Shown piece by piece: positions 1-9,627 of a DNA stretch of 64,000 bases. Under the pieces are notes generated by a model, which was not told where the DNA came from, made no database searches, and worked only from the letters and a program-made list of their open reading frames with translations. Positions within the stretch are counted from its first letter, which is position 1; every line of letters starts with the position of its first letter. The stretch covers positions 1 to 64,000 of the forward strand of contig JBBDMM010000012.1 of NCBI GenBank assembly GCA_040878325.1, written 5' to 3'. The translations under genes and the position numbers were made by a program. The stretch comes from Acidimicrobiia bacterium. GTDB lineage: Bacteria > Actinomycetota > Acidimicrobiia > Spongiisociales > UBA11373.

Positions 1-63
<63 letters not shown>

Positions 64-784
64 AGATCACACTGCGTCCCCTGAGAGCAATCTCAGGGTG
101 TTTATCGGCTCATATCGGGGAAATCCTGTCACTGGCACGAACTACGGTGTCAGGACAATCCCGAGGGAAGTTCAGAGCCATGGAGTCATTCCTTCCATAC
201 CTTGCAGGATTCTTCGACGGAGACGGAAGCTTATGCTTTCAGATCGTTCGTCAACGCGAGTACCGGTTCGGGTTCTACATCCGAGCCTCCTTCTCGCTCC
301 ATCAGGCCACCACGGCCGAGGATGGGCTCGCGCTCATCCGGAGGGAGCTGGGAGGACCGGGCTACATGCGCCGCCGGCAAGGCGGTATGTCAGACCTGGT
401 CATCACGCAACGACCAACGATCTCCGAGATCCTTGACCAGGTCCGACCGTACGTCGTGTTCAAGCGACGTCAGGTCGAAGCTGGTCTGGCTCTTCTCGAG
501 AGGCTGCCGCCTCCTCGAGACCCCGTCGGATTCCTGGAGCTATGTGAATCGGTTGATGACTTCGCATCCCTAAACGCTTCGAAGTCGAGAACGGTCACGT
601 CCGTGATCGTCCGAGACGAATTCGAGCGCACGGGTGCTCTGAACCCCGTAACGACTGATCCTTGATGGAGAGACGGAGTACTCACCGGTGGTCATCCACC
701 AAATATATGAGTTCCGTAATACGCCGACCCCCCGAAAGGGGGTGGAGGGATAGTCTGCACCCTCAGTAATGAGGGATCAATGTG
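64..784 (+). mobile_element. Group I intron (IA3-like) at 23S position L2593
   Basis: Splits the conserved AGAACGT|CGTGAGACAG. P1 has U63.G74 wobble; P2 79-98 has GCAA loop; P3 105-109/723-727; P4 115-119/160-164; P7 653-657/751-755; P8 GAAA loop; P9 GTAA loop; terminal G784; extra helices between P7 and P3'. Confidence 0.95.
180..665 (+). CDS. Intron-encoded single-motif LAGLIDADG homing endonuclease, I-CreI/I-MsoI-like
   Basis: YLAGFFDGDGS motif; C-terminal FLELCESVDDFASLNASKSRTVTS resembles the I-CreI C-terminus; 161 aa from ATG180. Confidence 0.95.
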   Translation: MESFLPYLAGFFDGDGSLCFQIVRQREYRFGFYIRASFSLHQATTAEDGLALIRRELGGPGYMRRRQGGMSDLVITQRPTISEILDQVRPYVVFKRRQVEAGLALLERLPPPRDPVGFLELCESVDDFASLNASKSRTVTSVIVRDEFERTGALNPVTTDP

Positions 785-1087
785 CGTGAGACAGTTCGGT
801 CCCTATCCGTCGCAGGCGCAGGAGGTTTGAGGGGAGCTATCCCTAGTACGAGAGGACCGGGATGGACGTACCTCTGGTGTGCCAGTTGTCTTGCCAAGGG
901 CACGGCTGGTTAGCTACGTACGGCACGGATAAGCGCTGAAGGCATCTAAGTGCGAAGCCGGCCCCAAGATGAGACCTCCCACCGTTCGCGGTTAAGACCC
1001 CTGACAGAACATCAGGTTGATAGGCCGGAGGTGTAAGCGCAGCAATGCGTTCAGCCGACCGGTACTAATCGGTCGAGGGCTTGAGTC
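785..1087 (+). rRNA. rrl: 23S rRNA, 3' exon
   Basis: CGTGAGACAGTTCGGTCCCTATC; sarcin-ricin loop AGTACGAGAGGACC; GCTGAAGGCATCTAAG; 3' end approximate. Confidence 0.96.
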
Positions 1088-1145
1088 GAATACAAGATGT
1101 GCGTGCTCGCTATGGAGTGCTCAGGGTGCTGAGCATTCGAAGGTT

Positions 1146-1261
<116 letters not shown>

Positions 1262-1269
1262 TTATTCAA

Positions 1270-1303
1270 AGAGAAGGCCGTCCCCTCGGGGGCGGCCTTC
1301 TCT
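1270..1303 (+). terminator. rrn operon terminator hairpin
   Basis: AGAGAAGGCCGTCCC-loop-GGGGCGGCCTTCTCT directly after 5S. Confidence 0.75.
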
Positions 1304-1341
1304 CGTCTGGGGACCTCCGGGCAGGTCGTTACGATGAACCA

Positions 1342-2346
1342 ATGAGTTCTTCGAGCGATCGCGGCGGCGGAGAGGGCGGCCGGCGTCACTCAGGAAAGCC
1401 GTCAGGATCGGATCCCCGCCGCAGCGGATCTGACCCCTCGCGGAGCAGCCGCACCGGTTCTGGTGCGGGTACGGGCCGATCGGGTACCGGCCGGGGCGGT
1501 TCCAGCGATCGTCGTACTGGCTCGGCCGCCGGTTCTGGGTCGGGCCGGTCGGGGAGCGGCCGAGGGGACGCCGCAGCAGGCGGGGCGAGGTCGAGTTCCG
1601 ATCGCCGGACCGGGTCGGGGACCGGCCGGGACTCAGGAAACGGTCGCACCCGGTCGTCGAGCCGGGATGACTCGCCCAAGTCGACCCTTCCCAAGCGGCG
1701 ACCATGGTCGCCCGAGGGCGAGTTGCCCAAGTGGATATCCGAGGAGCTGGCGCGGGTCACGCCGAAGAAGAACCTCCTGACGGCCACCGAACTTCTTCAA
1801 TCGTCGGCGAGAGCCTTCGCGAGCAGCAAGTACGGGCGGGCGCTTTCTGCGGCCGAGGAGGCCAAGGAGCTGTCGCCGCGCGACCCGACGATTCGTGAGC
1901 TGATCGGGCTCTCGGCCTACCGCATGGGTCGATGGGAACAGGCGCTTCGCGAGCTGCGGACTTTCCGGCGACTCACCGGGGACCCGACCCATCTGCCGGT
2001 GGAGATGGACGTGCTGCGTGCCCTGGAGCGCCCTGAGGATGTCGAGAGCGCGTGGAAGATGATGCGCGAAATGCGATCGGATCGGGAGACCCAGGATGAG
2101 GCGCGGGTCGTCTACGGATCCTTCCTGCTCGATCGGGGCGAGGACCACAAGGCATGGCAGATCACGAGTCCCCGCAGCCTTTCGGCCGAGCCCCGTGAGA
2201 GCGAACTCCGGGTGTGGTACGTGGCCGCCCGCGCCTCGGCGCGCCTCGGCGACCTACCCACTGCACATCAGCTCCTCGACGCGATCCGGGGCACCGACCC
2301 GGGTTTCCCGGGACTCGACGAGTTGGAGCGCGCGGTCGAGGGCTGA
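1342..2346 (+). CDS. Tetratricopeptide-repeat protein with R/G/S-rich disordered N-terminus
   Basis: TPR-like helices (IRELIGLSAYRMGRWEQALRELRTFRRLTG); type of gene typically found downstream of actinobacterial rrn; TACGAT -10 six nt before ATG. Confidence 0.8.
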   Translation: MSSSSDRGGGEGGRRHSGKPSGSDPRRSGSDPSRSSRTGSGAGTGRSGTGRGGSSDRRTGSAAGSGSGRSGSGRGDAAAGGARSSSDRRTGSGTGRDSGNGRTRSSSRDDSPKSTLPKRRPWSPEGELPKWISEELARVTPKKNLLTATELLQSSARAFASSKYGRALSAAEEAKELSPRDPTIRELIGLSAYRMGRWEQALRELRTFRRLTGDPTHLPVEMDVLRALERPEDVESAWKMMREMRSDRETQDEARVVYGSFLLDRGEDHKAWQITSPRSLSAEPRESELRVWYVAARASARLGDLPTAHQLLDAIRGTDPGFPGLDELERAVEG

Positions 2347-2358
2347 ACCCGGTCCGAA

Positions 2359-3273
2359 TCAATCCCGGAGTTCGAGCCAGCGCCTGATCCCGGCGGCCTG
2401 CATCGGCCAGAAGGTGTTCTTGTCGTATCGGGCGATCGTCGCCTCGTCATGGCCCTCGCCGCGGTAGCCGTCGAGCACCCACTGGCGCATCCGCTGGCTG
2501 AGATCGTCGTCGTCGCCGGCCGACTCCACCCACCGAACCCAGTCCCAGAGTCGCTCGATCGCCTGGTCGAGGGACGCCTGGGGGTCGCGGTCCGGCCCGA
2601 AGTGGGCGAAGCCGAGGAATGAGGGGCCACGCGCGGCGAGGCGGCGGAGGTGGGTTTCGACCAGGTGCGGGTCGAAGTCGGGTGGGGGGGTGACCGGCTG
2701 CACCATGTGCCCATGGGGGAATGCCAACCCGACGGCATCACCGACGAACGCACCCCCGGTCTCGTCTTCGACGAACACCAACTCGTGTTTGGCATGCCCG
2801 GGGGTGTACATGACCTCGATCGCCCTCGGGCCACCGAGGGGGATACGGCTGCCCTCATCGAGAACCAGGAGGCGAGCCGGGTCGATCGGCTCCATCGGGC
2901 CCCATAGGGCATCCATCCCCTCCTCCCCGTATATCCGGGTGGCGGAGGCGATCAGGCGTTCTGGTGACTCGAGGTGCCTCGCTCCGGCGGTGTGCACGCC
3001 GATCGCCGCGTTGGGGAAACGGGTGGCGAAATGACCGGCGCCGCCGGCATGGTCGAGGTGGATGTGGGTGACGACCATCGCCGCCACATCGTCCACCCCG
3101 ATCGACTCGAGCGCGTCGTAGAGGTGGTGGATCGACCGGGAGGGGCCACACTCGATCAGGACCCGATTGGGCGTGTCGAACAGGTAACACGCCAATCGCT
3201 CGGTGTCGTCGTGCATGAGCGCATCGATGAGGTAGAGATCGTGCCCCAGGGGCGTCACCGTCGGCGTCAGCAT
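2359..3273 (-). CDS. MBL-fold metallo-hydrolase
   Basis: THIHLDHAGG, TPGHAKH and GDA motifs; TAGGTT -10 seven nt before ATG. Confidence 0.88.
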   Translation of the reverse strand: MLTPTVTPLGHDLYLIDALMHDDTERLACYLFDTPNRVLIECGPSRSIHHLYDALESIGVDDVAAMVVTHIHLDHAGGAGHFATRFPNAAIGVHTAGARHLESPERLIASATRIYGEEGMDALWGPMEPIDPARLLVLDEGSRIPLGGPRAIEVMYTPGHAKHELVFVEDETGGAFVGDAVGLAFPHGHMVQPVTPPPDFDPHLVETHLRRLAARGPSFLGFAHFGPDRDPQASLDQAIERLWDWVRWVESAGDDDDLSQRMRQWVLDGYRGEGHDEATIARYDKNTFWPMQAAGIRRWLELRD

Positions 3274-3291
3274 CGGCCGCAACCTAGTGCC

Positions 3292-3313
3292 TGTCACATG
3301 CGGTCGATACGTT
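3292..3313 (+). promoter_or_regulatory. PafBC/RecA-NDp-type promoter upstream of ssb
   Basis: TGTCAC-N10-TACGTT versus consensus TGTCRG-N10-TANNNT. Confidence 0.6.
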
Positions 3314-3345
3314 GCCTGCCCGCACTTCCCCGGTAAGGAAGCCCC

Positions 3346-3663
3346 ATGGACCTCAATCTCGTGGTCGTCTCCGGACGCCTGGCGGCGCCCCCCGAGGTGC
3401 GTCAGTTCGAGAGCGGTGCTCGACTCGCCCGCTACCTCGTCACCGTCCGTTCGGAGGAACCGACCCGCCGTGTCGACGTGCTGCCGGTGACGATGTGGGA
3501 TCCCTCGGACGCGCTCTTGGACGCCCAGCCGGCGCCGGGGGTGCGGGTCTGGGTGGTCGGCTCGGTACAGCGCCGTTTCTGGAGCGGCGAGGAGGGCCGG
3601 CGCAGCCGGCTCGAGCTGATCGCAGACCAGGTCTGCATTCGCGACCCGAACGAGGAAGGCTGA
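3346..3663 (+). CDS. ssb: Short single-stranded DNA-binding protein (SsbB-like, no DDIPF tail)
   Basis: NLVVVSGRLAAPPEVR...V.GSVQRRFW...SRLELIAD OB-fold pattern. Confidence 0.85.
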   Translation: MDLNLVVVSGRLAAPPEVRQFESGARLARYLVTVRSEEPTRRVDVLPVTMWDPSDALLDAQPAPGVRVWVVGSVQRRFWSGEEGRRSRLELIADQVCIRDPNEEG

Positions 3664-3722
3664 TCGTCGGGAGAAATGGGGGCGAAATCGGTGAGATCGA
3701 TGCCCGCGGTACCCTTGTGATC

Positions 3723-4252
3723 GTGCTCGATACCCCTGATTTCCTGCGCCTGGTGGTCGATCGGGTCCGCCTGGCCATCCTCGGTCATGCGGCCATCGGC
3801 CCCATCGACGTCGCCGGGCTGGCCAAGGCGCTCGGGGTCGACCAGCGTCGGGTACTGAAAGAGCTGGCCAGCCTCGAGGCCGCCGGGTTGATGGTCGACG
3901 GTGTCTTGATCGAAGAGGCACTGTGGGAGATCGCCGCGGCCGCCCCCAGGCTCGCCGAGGCCTCGCCTGAGGTGGTGGAGGGCTCCTGGTCCGCCGACGA
4001 AGTCAAGACTCTGCAGACCTTCTTCTCGGGTAGTCGTCTGTCGCGAATTCCGGAGAAGCGAGCAAAGCGGCTGGTCGTACTGGAGCGGCTCTCCCAGGAG
4101 TTCGAACCCGGGGCCAAGTACCCCGAGCGCCAGGTCAGCTTCATGTTGCAGCTCTTCCATCCGACTTTGCGGCACTGCGGCGCTATCTAGTGGATGAGGG
4201 GTTCCTGACCAGAGAAGACGGGGTCTACTGGCGATCGGGTGGCCGAACATGA
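3723..4252 (+). pseudogene. DUF2087 / winged-helix protein with 1-nt frameshift near 4161-4163
   Basis: IPEKRAKRLVVLERL..EFEPG..YPE...FHP, then the expected tail DFAALRRYLVDEGFLTREDGVYWR continues in another frame; may be a sequencing indel. Confidence 0.8.
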
Positions 4253-4294
4253 TGGGGTCCAGGGCTTGGCAGGGGACCGAGATAGGGAGGGGAC

Positions 4295-4567
4295 ATGTGT
4301 AGGAGCATCGTGCAACTGCGAAAGCCGGAGGGAGTGACCGAGGACGAGCTCACGGCCGCGGCCCGGCAATTCGTGAGGAAGATCAGCGGCTTTCGCACGC
4401 CCTCGAAGGACAACGAAGAGGTCTTTGAGCGAGCGATCGGCGAGATCGCCGGCTCTAGCCGTCATCTCCTCGAGCATCTGATCGTCAGGGCTCCAGTTCG
4501 AGTCGAGGGCGGGGGTCAAGCCGAGATAGAGAGTTCGGAGGAGGCCTCGAGACTGGGTGAAGGGTGA
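4295..4567 (+). CDS. DUF2277 family protein
   Basis: MCRSI..LR...T.DE..AAARQFVRKISG signature; GGAGG RBS. Confidence 0.85.
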   Translation: MCRSIVQLRKPEGVTEDELTAAARQFVRKISGFRTPSKDNEEVFERAIGEIAGSSRHLLEHLIVRAPVRVEGGGQAEIESSEEASRLGEG

Positions 4568-5092
4568 CCTTCGAGGGTGACTCGGCCCTCATCGTGCCGA
4601 TCCCTGCAGCAGATCCAGTTATCCACAGGTGGCGGGTGCTCCACGACTCGGCAGCAGCCGCCGGCGTGCTGGCCCACGTCACGGTGCTGTTTCCATTCGT
4701 TCCCCGGGCGGAGATCGATGGGGAGGTGGAGGCGACCGTCACGAGGGTGCTGGCGCCGTTCCCCGCTTTCGTTTGCCGACTTGCCGAGGTCAGGTGGTTT
4801 GGGGACGAGGTGGCCTATCTGGCCCCCGAGCCCGATGTGACCTTTCGCCGCGTCCTCACGGCGATGTGGGCCGCCTTTCCGGATCATCCTCCCTACGAAG
4901 GAGTCCACGCGGCTCCCACGCCTCATGTCACCATCGGCCACCAGGGACCAGGGCTCGACGAGGCGGTTCGGGCGGTGGAGGAAACAACTGCCGATCGAAT
5001 CGGTGGCCGATCGGGTGGAGTTGATCACCCTGACGGAGGGATGGTGGTCCACCACCGCAACCTTCCTGCTGCCGGGCGGGTCAGCCGGGTAG
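4564..5092 (+). pseudogene. 2H phosphoesterase (2'-5' RNA ligase family) with 1-nt frameshift near 4978-4982
   Basis: Two HxT motifs (AHVTVL, PHVTIG); family-like tail QLPIESVADRVELITL...WWSTTATFLL lies in the +1 frame and ends at TAG 5092. Confidence 0.75.
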
Positions 5093-5995
5093 CGCTTCGA
5101 GCAGTCGCCTGGCTTCATCCGCCGAAGGGAAGGAGGTCTGAGTGCCGGGCCGGGTGACGCTGGCGGCGGCACTCCGGTTGGCGAGCAATGCGGCGGCATG
5201 GTCGTCCAGCCCAATACCGAGCCCGAAGGCGAACGTGCCGACAAAGGCGTCACCGGCTCCGGTCGTGTCGATTGCGACGACCTCTGGCGCCGCGATCCGA
5301 TAGACCCGTCCGTCTTCGACCAGGGCGCATCCGGCTGCTCCCAGGGTCACGACGAGGCGACATCCGAGGGTGGTGGCCACCTCGAGGAGGCTCTGATCGC
5401 TCTCGGCACGATCGAACATCAGCGCGAACTCGACCTCGTTCGGCGCCACCCAGTCACACGCCTCGAGAAGTGCCGGGTCGATCGGCGCGGCCGGGGCCGG
5501 GTTGAGAATCGTGGTCGCCCCGCCGGCTCGTGCCGCGGCGAATGCGGCCGCAGTGACTTCCTGGGGAATCTCGAACTGGCCGATAACCACGTTCGGTCGG
5601 ATCGCCTCGACCGCTTCCACCGCCTGCTCCGCGGTGAGGGCATGATTTGCTCCAGGCACGATGATGATGCGATTGGTGCCGTCCGGTTCCACCCAGATGG
5701 GGGCGACGCCACTCGAGCCCGGCACCTGATGGACAAACGTGGTGTCGACGCCGCGCTTCGCCAAGTTGTCGCGCGCCATGGTTCCGTAGGCGTCGTCGCC
5801 GACGCAGTTCACCATCCACACTTCGGCGCCGAAGTTGCGGGCCATCACGGCCTGATTTGCCCCTTTGCCCCCGAATCCCATCTGGAAGCGATCACCGACG
5901 ATGGTTTCACCAGGGCCCGGTATGCGAGGCGCGTAGGCGACCAGGTCGATCATGGTCGACCCGACGACTGCGATGCGTATTGGGGAATCGGTCAT
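5081..5995 (-). CDS. rbsK: Ribokinase
   Basis: VVGSTMIDL, GGKGANQA, NRIIIVPGAN, LNPAPA, DTTGAGD. Confidence 0.9.
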   Translation of the reverse strand: MTDSPIRIAVVGSTMIDLVAYAPRIPGPGETIVGDRFQMGFGGKGANQAVMARNFGAEVWMVNCVGDDAYGTMARDNLAKRGVDTTFVHQVPGSSGVAPIWVEPDGTNRIIIVPGANHALTAEQAVEAVEAIRPNVVIGQFEIPQEVTAAAFAAARAGGATTILNPAPAAPIDPALLEACDWVAPNEVEFALMFDRAESDQSLLEVATTLGCRLVVTLGAAGCALVEDGRVYRIAAPEVVAIDTTGAGDAFVGTFAFGLGIGLDDHAAALLANRSAAASVTRPGTQTSFPSADEARRLLEALPG

Positions 5996-6042
5996 CTCGC
6001 GGCTGGATAGTCTGGCATGCGCTCGCCGACGGAGGTTTGTCG

Positions 6043-7053
6043 ATGATTCCCCGAACACTGCCTGCATGGGAGCGCCCGGTGCTCGCGTCGGTCGCCGAGG
6101 TAGTGGGAGAGACGGAACATGTCCGCACCTCTTCGGCTGCCATCGAGACGGTCGCCGACTGGATGGCTTTCGAAACAACATTCGAGCCGCCGAGCGGCGG
6201 ACCCGCCGGCCCCTTCGATTGGGGCGACGACACCAACGACTTGATCGACGCCACGATGCTGAAGGCGTCGCTGGACTTCGCCTTCACTGACTTCGACACG
6301 AGCACCAAGTACGAGGTCGACTACCAGGGCCGCCACTGGTCGGACAGCGAGGCGATGTTCGCCAGCATCCATCAGGCCCTGGCCGCCGGGGTGCCGATGT
6401 TGGAGGGGGACTACCAGGCGAGCGTGCGCCGCGCTGACCTAGCCCAGATCTTCCGGGGAAACATCGAAATGCCGATGCTCGAAGAACGGGTCGAGATCCT
6501 CAACGAGGTGGGGGCGAGGCTCGTGGCCAATCACGGGGGCCGGTTCCACCGGTTCATCCAGTCGTGCCCGCAGGTCATGTATGCCGAAGGTGATGGGGTG
6601 CTGGAGCGCCTGATTGCGGAGTTCCCCCGCTTCGACGACGTAAGCGCCTACAAGGGCCGCGAAGTGGTGATATACAAACTGGCCCAACTCGCTCTCTGGT
6701 CCCTGCATCTCGCCGTCGGGCCCGGCAAAGGCTTCAGTCTGGGGGATCTCGACAACATGACGGCCTTCGCCGATTACATCGTTCCGGTGGGGCTGCGGGT
6801 GATGGGCATTCTCGAGTACTCCGAGGATCTCGAGCGCCGCATTCTGGAGGGCGACCTGATCCCGCGCGACTCCGACGAGGAGATCGAGATTCGCGCTCAC
6901 ACGGTCTACGCCACCGCCCTGCTCACCGAAGCGATCAACCAGCGTCGCGGGGAGGGCCGGCGCCTGGTGATCCCCCAGATCGACTACCGACTGTGGAGTG
7001 CCTATCACGCCACCACCTGGCCGCACCATCTGACGCGTACGGTGATGTACTGA
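6043..7053 (+). CDS. Queuosine salvage family protein (DUF2419/QNG1-like)
   Basis: FPRFDD...YKLAQL, MTAFADYIVP, EEIEIRA, IDYRLW, PHHLTRTVMY C-terminus; GGAGG RBS. Confidence 0.85.
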   Translation: MIPRTLPAWERPVLASVAEVVGETEHVRTSSAAIETVADWMAFETTFEPPSGGPAGPFDWGDDTNDLIDATMLKASLDFAFTDFDTSTKYEVDYQGRHWSDSEAMFASIHQALAAGVPMLEGDYQASVRRADLAQIFRGNIEMPMLEERVEILNEVGARLVANHGGRFHRFIQSCPQVMYAEGDGVLERLIAEFPRFDDVSAYKGREVVIYKLAQLALWSLHLAVGPGKGFSLGDLDNMTAFADYIVPVGLRVMGILEYSEDLERRILEGDLIPRDSDEEIEIRAHTVYATALLTEAINQRRGEGRRLVIPQIDYRLWSAYHATTWPHHLTRTVMY

Positions 7054-7056
7054 CGG

Positions 7057-7146
7057 GCCTCGCTTCGCTTCGGCGGCTCCGGCTCCGGCTCCGGCCACAG
7101 CCCCAGCCAGAGAAGACCGACGTCTGGCCGGGGCTGGGGCTGTAGC
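7057..7146. repeat. Hexamer-repeat hairpin between convergent genes
   Basis: (GGCTCC)3-GGCCAC-AGCCCC-AGCCAG; ACAGCCCCAGCC pairs with GGCTGGGGCTGT. Confidence 0.7.
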
Positions 7147-7152
7147 GGGGGC

Positions 7153-7704
7153 TCATTCCTGCGGCGGTCTGTCCCAGTCCTGAACGTCCGTGCCCGCCTC
7201 GCGCGCGAGGATGTCGAGGGCGGCGGCTGCCCCGGCGCCGGCGGAGATGATGGCCTGGCTGCGGGTGGGCCTCGTGGCGCGGCCCACCGCGTAGACCCGG
7301 TCGAGCGACGTTCGTTGGTCCCGGTCGATCACGATCGCGGCCCCGTCGAACTCGAGGCCCAGCGCCTTGGCGAGCTCAGGGTTCTTCCCTTCGCTGAGGA
7401 TCAGGTACGAGGAGCGATGGGTCTCCCCGTCGTCGGTGGTGAGGGTGATCCCGTCGGGTGCCGCGGCTACGGACGCCACCCGGCGCGCATCCATGGTCGC
7501 CCCGTAGGCTTCTGCCTGCCCGCGGGCGATCCGCTGCAGGTCGGTGCCTGAGATTTCGGGAATACCGAGGTAGTTGTGGAGGTATGCGTATTGCATGGCG
7601 GAGGAATCGTCACCGAACACGGTCACCTGTTGACCGTTCTTGGCGAGGAAGAGGGCGGCACTGAGGCCGCCGGGTCCATCTCCGACTATCGAAACGGCAA
7701 CCAT
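7153..7704 (-). CDS. Short NAD(P)/FAD-dependent oxidoreductase (thioredoxin-reductase-like)
   Basis: [37 protein letters not shown]. Confidence 0.85.
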   Translation of the reverse strand: MVAVSIVGDGPGGLSAALFLAKNGQQVTVFGDDSSAMQYAYLHNYLGIPEISGTDLQRIARGQAEAYGATMDARRVASVAAAPDGITLTTDDGETHRSSYLILSEGKNPELAKALGLEFDGAAIVIDRDQRTSLDRVYAVGRATRPTRSQAIISAGAGAAAALDILAREAGTDVQDWDRPPQE

Positions 7705-7745
7705 TGGATCCCCTTCGCGTGACTACCGAGAGGAACACAGAAGCC

Positions 7746-8138
7746 ATGAAAGACCTTCCCACCACCGACGACCAGTGGCGCATGCGCCTCGCGCCGGAGC
7801 AGTTCCACATCTTGCGAGAAGCCGGCACTGAGCCGCCCTTCAGTGGGGCGTATTGGGACAGCCATGACCCGGGCACCTACAAGTGCGCCGGGTGCGGATC
7901 GGTGCTGTTCCGCTCCGATGCCAAGTTCGATAGCGGGAGCGGGTGGCCGTCGTTCGTCGATCCGGCCGAATCTGATGCAGTCACGACCCACGAGGACCGC
8001 GCTCACGGAATGGTTCGCACGGAGGTGCGCTGTGCCCGGTGCGGCGGCCACCTCGGTCATGTGTTCCCCGACGGTCCTGGACCCGGTGGGCTGCGGTACT
8101 GCATCAACTCGGCCGCACTCGATCTCGAGGCCGATTGA
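7746..8138 (+). CDS. msrB: Peptide-methionine (R)-S-oxide reductase
   Basis: [35 protein letters not shown]. Confidence 0.95.
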   Translation: MKDLPTTDDQWRMRLAPEQFHILREAGTEPPFSGAYWDSHDPGTYKCAGCGSVLFRSDAKFDSGSGWPSFVDPAESDAVTTHEDRAHGMVRTEVRCARCGGHLGHVFPDGPGPGGLRYCINSAALDLEAD

Positions 8139-8758
8139 GCGACGTCGTCGTGGCCGCCGACGGCCGCCCCAAATGTCGGTGGCCGCTCGGTGACGAGCTG
8201 TACGAGCAGTACCACGATATGGAGTGGGGGAGGGGATGGGAGGACGATGTCGTCCTCTACGAGAAGATCGTTCTCGAGGGATTCCAGGCCGGCCTCTCCT
8301 GGATCACCGTTCTGCGCAAGCGAGAGGCCTTCCGAGAGGCGTTCGACCGGTTCGATCCCGTCGTCGTGGCGGCGTTCGGTGCTGCCGAGGTCGAACGACT
8401 CGTGGGGAATGCGGCGATCATCCGGCATCGGGGGAAAATCGCGTCGGCCATCAACAATGCGGCACGTGCGATCGAGACGATCGAGGAGTATGGCTCCCTG
8501 GCGACCTACCTCTGGGGATTCACCCCTAAGGCGCCGCCGAAGTCACCGCGGAGCTTCGAAGATCTCGCCGCGGTGACACCGGCGTCGACGGCGCTTAGCA
8601 AGGACCTGAAGCGACGGGGTTGGTCATTCGTCGGGCCGACGACGATGCACGCGTTCATGCAGGCCGCCGGGATGGTCAACGATCACCTGGAGGGTTGCTG
8701 GGCCCGGAATGAATGTGAGGCACGGCGATCCGAGCTGGTGGCCCGGCTCGGCCGATGA
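8135..8758 (+). CDS. tag: DNA-3-methyladenine glycosylase I
   Basis: [42 protein letters not shown] overlap with msrB. Confidence 0.93.
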   Translation: MSDVVVAADGRPKCRWPLGDELYEQYHDMEWGRGWEDDVVLYEKIVLEGFQAGLSWITVLRKREAFREAFDRFDPVVVAAFGAAEVERLVGNAAIIRHRGKIASAINNAARAIETIEEYGSLATYLWGFTPKAPPKSPRSFEDLAAVTPASTALSKDLKRRGWSFVGPTTMHAFMQAAGMVNDHLEGCWARNECEARRSELVARLGR

Positions 8759-9148
8759 TCAACCGGTCTCGGACTGGTCCTCGTGGCCGGCGTGCTGCTC
8801 GGCGATCTGGCGATGGACGTCGACCATGTCGACCTCGCGCACATTGGTGATGAGATCCTCGAGGACATGCTCGGGCAGGGCGCCTGCCTGGCTGTGGAGG
8901 ACGACGTTCTCGCGGAACACCATCAGCGTCGGGATCGAGCGGATGTTGAAGAACTCGGCGAGCTCGGCCTGGGCCTCGGTGTCGACCTTGCCGAAGACGA
9001 TGTCGGAGTGCTCGGTCGACGCCTTCTCGAAGGTGGGGGCGAATTGCCGGCACGGGCCGCACCACGCGGCCCAGAAGTCGACGATCACGGTGTCGGTGCC
9101 GGCAATCGTCGACTCGAAGTTGTCCTTGGTCAGTTCAATCGTCGCCAT
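8759..9148 (-). CDS. trxA: Thioredoxin
   Basis: DFWAAWCGPC; IRSIPTL. Confidence 0.92.
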   Translation of the reverse strand: MATIELTKDNFESTIAGTDTVIVDFWAAWCGPCRQFAPTFEKASTEHSDIVFGKVDTEAQAELAEFFNIRSIPTLMVFRENVVLHSQAGALPEHVLEDLITNVREVDMVDVHRQIAEQHAGHEDQSETG

Positions 9149-9228
9149 CGAGCACGCCTTTCTCGGATCCCGAGAGCCAACCGTAGACGAAGGCCCGGCA
9201 TTCCCTGACTCCGGGGGGACTGGGGGCG

Positions 9229-9248
9229 TATAATACGTCACTGTGACG
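9229..9248 (+). promoter_or_regulatory. TATAAT -10 box plus palindrome CGTCAC-T-GTGACG over the start codon
   Basis: TATAAT 9229-9234; palindrome 9236-9248; inverted copy at 9628-9642. Confidence 0.6.
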
Positions 9249-9599
9249 AATATCACTCACTGTTCGTGGTGCGGGCGGGGGATGGCCCAGGGGGAGCAGG
9301 GGCGACCGCGCAAGTACTGCCGGCGCAGCCATCGTCAGCGGGCCTACGAAGCCCGCCTGCTCGCCGAGCGGATGGGGCTCGACCGGGGGGAGGCCCTGGT
9401 CTCCGCCGACGCCCTGCGGGCGCTCAACGATCGGATCTACATCCTCGAGTCGGCGCTGACCGACGTCGAGCGTGACCTCCGGGTGGAGGGCGATCACCGA
9501 GCGGCGTTCACCCACCTCTACGCCGCCGCGGCGACATTACGGGGGGCGACTCTCGAACCGTCTGCCCTGTTGGATCCATCCGCCCTCTTGGAGGGGTAG
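9243..9599 (+). CDS. Small Cys/His (putative Zn-binding) protein with GRPR motif
   Basis: CSWCGR...GRPRKYCRRSHRQRAYEAR followed by a helical segment. Confidence 0.75.
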   Translation: MTNITHCSWCGRGMAQGEQGRPRKYCRRSHRQRAYEARLLAERMGLDRGEALVSADALRALNDRIYILESALTDVERDLRVEGDHRAAFTHLYAAAATLRGATLEPSALLDPSALLEG

Positions 9600-9627
9600 G
9601 TTTCCGGGTACGGGCATGCGCCTATTG

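Noticed and set aside
1342..1680. Repetitive G/S/R-coding DNA
   Set aside because: Low-complexity N-terminus of the TPR protein, not an array
4619..4627. Perfect DnaA box TTATCCACA
   Set aside because: Single copy inside a coding region; no box cluster or AT-rich unwinding element, so not oriC
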